A DNA stretch of 5,579 nucleotides, from the IMG/VR virus record IMGVR_UViG_3300045988_013358, positions 1 to 5,579 of that record. One strand, written 5' to 3'. Shown piece by piece: positions 1 through 4,285 of this stretch. A program made the position numbers and the translations under genes. The stretch is from a virus. The notes under the pieces were generated by a model, which did not search any database, was not told the DNA's origin, and saw only the letters and a list, made by a program, of their open reading frames with translations. Position 1 is the stretch's first letter; every line of letters starts with the position of its first letter.

Positions 1-89
1 ACACAATCTGCAAAAAATTGAAAGAGTACGAAAGGATTGACAAGGATGATTAAAAGCTATATCATGGACACAGACGCAAACAAAAAAAT
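1..89. repeat. Terminal direct repeat, copy 1. It is identical to 5491..5579 and marks the closure overlap of a circular 5490-nt genome.
   Basis: Base-by-base comparison shows acacaatctgcaaaaaattgaaagagtacgaaaggattgacaaggatgattaaaagctatatcatggacacagacgcaaacaaaaaaat at both ends of the window. Confidence 0.95.
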
Positions 90-438
90 AGGACAATACT
101 TTAAAGTGCGAGAATTCGCGTGCCGAGATGGTTCACAGGTAGTTTTCGTGGACGACTATCTCGTAACTATTTTAGACCTTCTAAGAAGCAAAATCAGAAA
201 ACCAGTAATCGTCACAAGCGGATACAGAACTCCAACATGGAACAAAAAATGCGAAGGAGCAAAATACAGCTATCACATGCGCGGCATGGCTGCAGACATC
301 CGAGTTGATGGGATGAGTCCAAAAGAACTCGCCAACAAACTGAATGCAATCATCCCGGAAGAATGCGGCATTATCGTATACAATGGCTGGATACACTTTG
401 ATGTGCGAGCCGGAAAAAAATACAGAAAGGGGGTGTAA
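46..438 (+). CDS. Peptidase M15 / LAS-family zinc peptidase (D-Ala-D-Ala carboxypeptidase-like, Peptidase_M15_3-like); putative endolysin.
   Basis: The ORF track gives 37..438 from TTG; I prefer ATG 46 (MIKSY...), which has GAAAGGA at 30..36. Motifs: SGYR (217..228), H-x6-D in YHMRGMAAD (His 274..276, Asp 295..297), and WIHFD (His 394..396, Asp 400..402), the typical zinc-ligand set of LAS/M15 enzymes. There is no N-terminal signal peptide or TM segment. Confidence 0.8.
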   Translation: MIKSYIMDTDANKKIGQYFKVREFACRDGSQVVFVDDYLVTILDLLRSKIRKPVIVTSGYRTPTWNKKCEGAKYSYHMRGMAADIRVDGMSPKELANKLNAIIPEECGIIVYNGWIHFDVRAGKKYRKGV

Positions 439-440
439 CA

Positions 441-557
441 ATGGCACACAGAAGCGGTGCAGGCCAAGGCGACCAGAAACGCTTTACCCAGACGGCCAAG
501 CGAGTGAAAAACATTAACGTCCGTCCGAAGGTATCGCGGGGCGGTATCCGATTGTAA
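441..557 (+). CDS. Small basic DNA-binding/packaging protein (gokushovirus VP8 / phiX174 protein J analogue), 38 aa.
   Basis: Below the 60-aa cutoff of the ORF track. ATG 441 lies 2 nt after the peptidase stop, with GGGGGTG upstream. Translation: MAHRSGAGQGDQKRFTQTAKRVKNINVRPKVSRGGIRL. The K/R-rich sequence and C-terminal RGGIRL match the tail I recall from gokushovirus ORF8-type proteins (e.g. ...IMRGGIRF). Confidence 0.7.
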   Translation: MAHRSGAGQGDQKRFTQTAKRVKNINVRPKVSRGGIRL

Positions 558-588
558 GCAATAAAAACCAAAGAAAGGAGGTGACTTA

Positions 589-705
589 ATGGCATTAATC
601 AAAGTCAAGGACGTTAAGGAAGCAATTGCGCTGATGATGAATATCCTCGAAAAGCTTGACGAAATTTACCACGCACTGAAGGATGCAAACAAAGACAAAG
701 AGTAA
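589..705 (+). CDS. Hypothetical small protein, 38 aa, predicted amphipathic helix.
   Basis: ATG 589 follows the best SD in the genome (AAAGGAGGTGA, 574..584). Translation: MALIKVKDVKEAIALMMNILEKLDEIYHALKDANKDKE; stop TAA 703..705. It fills the gap between flanking genes. I recognise no family. Confidence 0.5.
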   Translation: MALIKVKDVKEAIALMMNILEKLDEIYHALKDANKDKE

Positions 706-716
706 AGGAGAAAAAC

Positions 717-971
717 ATGAAACTGAAATTCTACTCATTCCACGATTCACTGACCAATGGCTACTCGCAGCCGTTCCTGCAGAACAACCGGGCACAGGCA
801 GTCCGAACGGCACGATGGAAGGCCAACGAAAGCAAACCGAGTGAAATCGAAGACATCAGTCTGGTAGAACTGGGCGAATTCGACACCGAAAACGGCTACA
901 TGAGCGAAGCAATGCCTGAACACATCGCACGGCTCATCGACCTGAAGGAGACGACCAATGCTAAATCCTGA
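717..971 (+). CDS. VP5: Gokushovirus VP5-like non-structural protein.
   Basis: SD AAGGAG at 705..710 and ATG at 717. The pattern F-Y-S-x-D...QPF...A-x-R...ED-x-x-L-x-ELGEFD-x-x-x-G matches the conserved layout I recall for VP5/ORF5 proteins of Gokushovirinae. Its position directly upstream of VP3 is also typical. Confidence 0.65.
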   Translation: MKLKFYSFHDSLTNGYSQPFLQNNRAQAVRTARWKANESKPSEIEDISLVELGEFDTENGYMSEAMPEHIARLIDLKETTNAKS

Positions 972-1401
972 TACACTGGTAAGGTACTATGGACTGCCGA
1001 CCGAGAGAGTGGCAAACAATCCGGGCAGCAAGACCGCGCCAACGTGGAAAGCAGTCAAGCGACCAAACGGCACAACCGACTACATCCAACAGCCCGATGA
1101 AAACACATATGAGAAAATCCAGCGCGCCGGCGAGGGATACGACCTTGCAAGCGCAATCGCACGACTGGAAGCAGGAGACACCAGTATCAAGGCAAAGAGC
1201 ATGGTATACACCGAAGGAACTGACCTTGAAAATCTGCCGAAGGATATCATGACGATGCACGAAAAGGCCGAGGCAGCAGCCGAAACAATGGAACAGCTGA
1301 AAGAACAGCTGAAACAGAAGCAGCAGACCGAACAGCCAAAGCCGGAAGAGGAAAAGGAAGAAAAAAAGGAAGAGGTGAAGGAAAACGAACCGAAACAGTG
1401 A
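958..1401 (+). CDS. VP3: Internal scaffolding protein VP3-like, with a K/E-rich low-complexity C-terminal tail.
   Basis: SD GAAGGAG at 944..950 and ATG at 958, overlapping the VP5-like gene by 14 nt. It sits directly upstream of the capsid gene. The central segment ENTYEKIQRAGEGYDLASAIARLEAGD resembles the conserved core of gokushovirus VP3 scaffolds. Confidence 0.65.
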   Translation: MLNPDTLVRYYGLPTERVANNPGSKTAPTWKAVKRPNGTTDYIQQPDENTYEKIQRAGEGYDLASAIARLEAGDTSIKAKSMVYTEGTDLENLPKDIMTMHEKAEAAAETMEQLKEQLKQKQQTEQPKPEEEKEEKKEEVKENEPKQ

Positions 1402-1426
1402 GAACCATTTCGCGCAAGTGCCGAGA

Positions 1427-3043
1427 ATGGAACGACCACGAAGCAAGTTTGACCGAAGTCACCAGCTGTTGACGACCATCAACGAAGGTGATTTGGTGCC
1501 CATCTACTGTGATGAAGTACTTCCGGGTGATACCGCGCGAGTACGGCTTAACGGGCTTATCCGTATGAGTACTCCCATCTATCCTATCATGGATAACTGC
1601 TACATGGATACCTATTTCTTCTTTGTTCCGTGCAGACTGCTCTGGGAACACTGGGAGAACATGTTCGGCGAGAACGACACCGATTATTGGGCAGAAAAGA
1701 CCGAATACAGCACGCCGTGGTGTCAAGTCGGCGGCACAAGCGGTCTAGCCAATGGCAGTATTGGAGACTACTTCGGACTGCCGACCGGAGTAAAAAAATC
1801 AATAAAAGTGAACGCGCTGCCGGCACGCGCCTACGCAATGATTTATAACGAGTGGTTCAGGGATGAAAACCTCGAAGCACCATTAATGCTCGGCTATAAA
1901 AAAAGCGATGGTGGAGGAAGCAACACAAACCCGGAAGCAACAAAGACAAGCGCCAACCACCCAAACAACACAACGGACACCAACGAAGCAAACCTCTACG
2001 CAAAAAAACCGGCAAAAGCGGGCAAGTTCCACGACTACTTCACCAGCTGCTTGCCGAAGCCGCTGAAAGCTGACCCGGTGGAAATCGGCCTGACAGGCAA
2101 TGCACCAGTAAAACTGTATAACAATGCAGAGTTAACAACTCAAACAGCAGCATCAACACAGCTAGAGTTAACTAAAAACGGCAGTATGCAGAACTTTTCA
2201 AACGTGATGGGAGTAACCGGACAAGATAAAGGCCAAATTGAAATGAAATTCATGGGCACAGACCTAAGCGGAGTGAACGCAATCAGCATTGCAGACTTGC
2301 GCATGGCAATTGCCTTGCAACACATCTTTGAGGCTGATGCACGCAACGGCACGAGATACCGTGAATTCCTGTCTGGTACGTGGGGCGTGACAAGTCCGGA
2401 CAGCCGTCTGCAGATTCCTGAATACATCGGCGGGCAGCGCATCGCAATCAATGTCAATCAGGTTGTCCAGACAAGCCAGACGGACCCGACAACCGGACAG
2501 GCACTAGGCAATACGGCAGCATACAGCCTGACCACATGCAGCAAGCAGATGGTGGACTATGCAGCAACGGAATACGGCTATATCATCGGCCTGGCAGTGG
2601 TACGAGTAGAGCACAGCTACCAGCAAGGCCTTGCGACCAAATGGACGCGCGGCGGGCGGTTCACCTACTACGACCCGCGACTGGCAGCACTGGGCGAACA
2701 GCCGGTATACAACCGCGAAATCTATGCACAAGGCACACCTGAAGACGAAGAAATCTTCGGCTATCAGGAGGCTTGGGCGGACTACCGCTACAAGCCTTCT
2801 TACGTAACCGGAGAAATGCGGTCTAACTACCAGACAAGTTTGGACGCATGGCATTATGCAGACGATTATGACAAGCTTCCGCGACTCTCGGCAGAGTGGA
2901 TTCAGGAAGGAACACAGAACATTGACCGAACAATTGCAGTGACGAGCGCAAAAAGTCATCAGTTCTTGTGTGACTTCTATTTCACAGAAGACTGGTACCG
3001 CGAGATGCCTATCTACAGCATCCCGGGCATCGAAAGAATTTAA
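1427..3043 (+). CDS. VP1: Major capsid protein VP1 (Microviridae F-protein family).
   Basis: The N-terminus RSKFDRSHQLLTTINEGDLVPIYCDEVLPGDT is the hallmark start of microvirus major capsid proteins. The length (about 540 aa) fits gokushovirus VP1. The start is ambiguous: ATG 1427 (chosen) or in-frame GTG 1418 (ORF track), and neither has a strong SD. Stop is TAA 3041..3043. Confidence 0.92.
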   Translation: MERPRSKFDRSHQLLTTINEGDLVPIYCDEVLPGDTARVRLNGLIRMSTPIYPIMDNCYMDTYFFFVPCRLLWEHWENMFGENDTDYWAEKTEYSTPWCQVGGTSGLANGSIGDYFGLPTGVKKSIKVNALPARAYAMIYNEWFRDENLEAPLMLGYKKSDGGGSNTNPEATKTSANHPNNTTDTNEANLYAKKPAKAGKFHDYFTSCLPKPLKADPVEIGLTGNAPVKLYNNAELTTQTAASTQLELTKNGSMQNFSNVMGVTGQDKGQIEMKFMGTDLSGVNAISIADLRMAIALQHIFEADARNGTRYREFLSGTWGVTSPDSRLQIPEYIGGQRIAINVNQVVQTSQTDPTTGQALGNTAAYSLTTCSKQMVDYAATEYGYIIGLAVVRVEHSYQQGLATKWTRGGRFTYYDPRLAALGEQPVYNREIYAQGTPEDEEIFGYQEAWADYRYKPSYVTGEMRSNYQTSLDAWHYADDYDKLPRLSAEWIQEGTQNIDRTIAVTSAKSHQFLCDFYFTEDWYREMPIYSIPGIERI

Positions 3044-3053
3044 GGAAGGAGGA

Positions 3054-3079
3054 AGCCCCGCAAAAGCGGGGCTATTTTT
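3054..3079 (+). terminator. Rho-independent terminator/attenuator between VP1 and VP2.
   Basis: An 8-bp GC-rich stem, AGCCCCGC (3054..3061) with GCGGGGCT (3066..3073), has an AAAA loop and is followed by ATTTTT (3074..3079). Confidence 0.8.
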
Positions 3080-3081
3080 GA

Positions 3082-3939
3082 ATGGAAACGTTATTAAAGC
3101 TTTTGCCATCCCTCATGCAAGGACTGAGCATGCTAACAGGCATCATAACAAGCAGTAACCAGAGCGGCGCCAAGAACAGCCAAGGAGCCGGCAGCGAAAG
3201 CAGCACCGGCAGCGAGACCACGACCGGCAGCGTAACAGGACCACAGCAGATAGGTGCAACACAAATCAGCACGCCAACAGGCGTAACAACGTTCGGGAAT
3301 CAGAGCAGCGTAAACACCGCAAACGCACTGCAAATGATGAGCGGACTGCTGAGCAACCTCGCGAATGCTGGAAGCCAAGCGAGCGCCAAGAAGTACAACA
3401 GCGCAGAAGCAGCAGCAGAACGAGCATTCCAAAAGGAAATGCGCGGGACAGCCTATCAGGATACCGTGAAAGACATGATTGCAGCAGGCATCAATCCTAT
3501 TCTGGCAGCGACCAACGGCGCAACAAGCGCACCATCGGGAGCATCTGCAAGCATTGGAAGCCAACATTATAACCAGCAGAGCGCACAAGCTGCAAGCGTA
3601 TCCGCAATGTACGAATACGGCAACAATACAGCAGAGCTGGCAGACAGATACTTACAGCTAGCAAAACAGGCCACCAGCGCAAAACAATTCAAGAGTGCGA
3701 AAAGCTGGGAACAGGCAGCGAGCGAGCTGGCAACCTCAAGCGCAAAACAGGCGCAACAGTACACCTATGCAGCTAGCAAGTTAGGTGCAGGCCTTGCGGG
3801 AGCTGGTAAAGCAGCCAAAGACGCAGTAAAAGAGGCTGGTAAAGCAGCCAAAGACACAGCAGGAAACTTCAAAAAGTACAACCAAAGAGTGCCAATCATG
3901 CCAAACATGGACACATTCAACGCATACAGAGGAGACTAA
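3082..3939 (+). CDS. VP2: Minor capsid / DNA pilot protein VP2.
   Basis: It lies downstream of VP1. It has a Gly/Ser/Thr/Ala/Gln-rich low-complexity composition. The motif AERAFQKEMRGTAYQDTVKDMIAAGINPILA matches the conserved motif of gokushovirus VP2 (...TAYQR...DM..AGLNP.LA). Confidence 0.85.
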   Translation: METLLKLLPSLMQGLSMLTGIITSSNQSGAKNSQGAGSESSTGSETTTGSVTGPQQIGATQISTPTGVTTFGNQSSVNTANALQMMSGLLSNLANAGSQASAKKYNSAEAAAERAFQKEMRGTAYQDTVKDMIAAGINPILAATNGATSAPSGASASIGSQHYNQQSAQAASVSAMYEYGNNTAELADRYLQLAKQATSAKQFKSAKSWEQAASELATSSAKQAQQYTYAASKLGAGLAGAGKAAKDAVKEAGKAAKDTAGNFKKYNQRVPIMPNMDTFNAYRGD

Positions 3940-3945
3940 GAAAGG

Positions 3946-3975
3946 AAGGGGGATGGTAAAACATCCCCCTTTTTT
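3946..3975 (+). terminator. Strong rho-independent terminator ending the structural operon.
   Basis: A 10-bp stem, AAGGGGGATG (3946..3955) with CATCCCCCTT (3962..3971), has a GTAAAA loop. A T6 run occupies 3970..3975, 7 nt after the VP2 stop. Confidence 0.9.
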
Positions 3976-4002
3976 AGTAACAATAATCCAAAAAATAGAG
4001 AT

Positions 4003-4026
4003 TGTGGAAAACTTGAGTTTTCAACA
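4003..4026 (+). promoter_or_regulatory. Hairpin whose stem contains a consensus DnaA box (TTTTCCACA on the - strand); candidate single-strand initiation / complementary-strand origin element.
   Basis: TGTGGAAAAC (4003..4012) and GTTTTCAACA (4017..4026) form a 10-bp inverted repeat with one G/A mismatch and a TTGA loop. The reverse complement of 4003..4011 is TTTTCCACA, which fits the DnaA box TTWTNCACA. The function is inferred, not demonstrated. Confidence 0.4.
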
Positions 4027-4191
4027 CTTTCAACAGGTTTTCAACAACAAGTTGCACAAAGAAATTCGTCATAATGACGAACATTCAACAATTCAACAAG
4101 TTTTCAACAAAGTTTTCAACAGGCAAAAAGACAATAAATAAACGTAGAAACGTTAAAAAAATAAAAAAACGAGTTTTCAACAGTTTCAACA
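4017..4191 (+). repeat. Array of nine same-orientation TTCAACA repeats (five extended to GTTTTCAACA) in three clusters; iteron-like protein-binding sites.
   Basis: TTCAACA starts at 4020, 4029, 4040 | 4084, 4092, 4103, 4115 | 4176, 4185. Full GTTTTCAACA copies are at 4017, 4037, 4100, 4112 and 4173. Spacings of 8-12 nt are not multiples of 3, which argues for a DNA-level rather than a coding repeat. Confidence 0.85.
4065..4081. repeat. Perfect palindrome TTCGTCAT-A-ATGACGAA between repeat clusters 1 and 2.
   Basis: The 8-nt arms at 4065..4072 and 4074..4081 are exact reverse complements. Each arm contains TGACGAA (TGNCGAA) read outward on its strand. Confidence 0.8.
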
Positions 4192-4210
4192 CTACTACTA
4201 CTACTACTAC
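4191..4210. repeat. Trinucleotide microsatellite (ACT)6 plus AC in non-coding DNA.
   Basis: Positions 4191..4210 read actactactactactactac, directly abutting the ninth TTCAACA copy. Confidence 0.9.
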
Positions 4211-4243
4211 AACAAGTTAATATAAAAAGAAAGCGAGGTGTCA

Positions 4244-4278
4244 ACCGGCACAAGATAGACAAGGAAGCTTGTGCCGGT
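4244..4278 (+). promoter_or_regulatory. Perfect 11-bp stem-loop overlapping the rep translation-initiation region; translational control element and/or origin hairpin.
   Basis: ACCGGCACAAG (4244..4254) pairs with CTTGTGCCGGT (4268..4278). The 13-nt loop ATAGACAAGGAAG contains the only SD-like sequence for rep (AAGGAAG, 4261..4267). Candidate GTG start 4271 lies in the 3' arm, and ATG 4286 is 7 nt downstream of the stem. Confidence 0.6.
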
Positions 4279-4285
4279 AACAAAA

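Noticed and set aside
961-3588. Long - strand ORFs (961..1446 161 aa, 1247..1726 159 aa, 2504..3109 201 aa, 3133..3588 151 aa, and shorter ones).
   Set aside because: All lie antisense to well-supported genes. Their translations are Cys/Arg/Leu/Phe-rich low-complexity with no recognisable motifs or SDs. Stop-codon scarcity on the - strand is expected from the T-poor + strand. Microviruses transcribe only one strand.
120-3661. + strand overlapping ORFs in alternative frames (120..308, 989..1252, 1630..1848, 2536..2742, 2970..3158, 3479..3661), considered as phiX174 E/K/B-style embedded genes.
   Set aside because: Several start at non-ATG codons and none has a well-spaced SD. For 989, AAGG lies only 3-4 nt upstream. 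All are hydrophilic and Arg/Ser/Gln-rich with no TM segment expected of a lysis protein. ORF 2970..3158 runs straight through the VP1 terminator. These cannot be excluded without comparative data.
3953-4141. 62-aa ORF (MVKHPPFLVTIIQKIEIVENLSFQHFQQVFNN...) with an SD-like AAAGGA upstream.
   Set aside because: Its ATG is buried in the stem of the strong VP2 terminator. Its QQVFN/NKVFN peptide repeats merely reflect the GTTTTCAACA DNA repeats, whose spacing is mostly not a multiple of 3. Its T-rich codon usage differs from all other genes. It is more likely non-coding, though conservation of the frame in relatives would revive it.
4017-4191. The repeat array considered as a CRISPR array.
   Set aside because: The repeats are only 7-10 nt and the gaps only 1-5 nt within clusters. 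There is no spacer-like unique sequence of about 30 nt and no cas genes.
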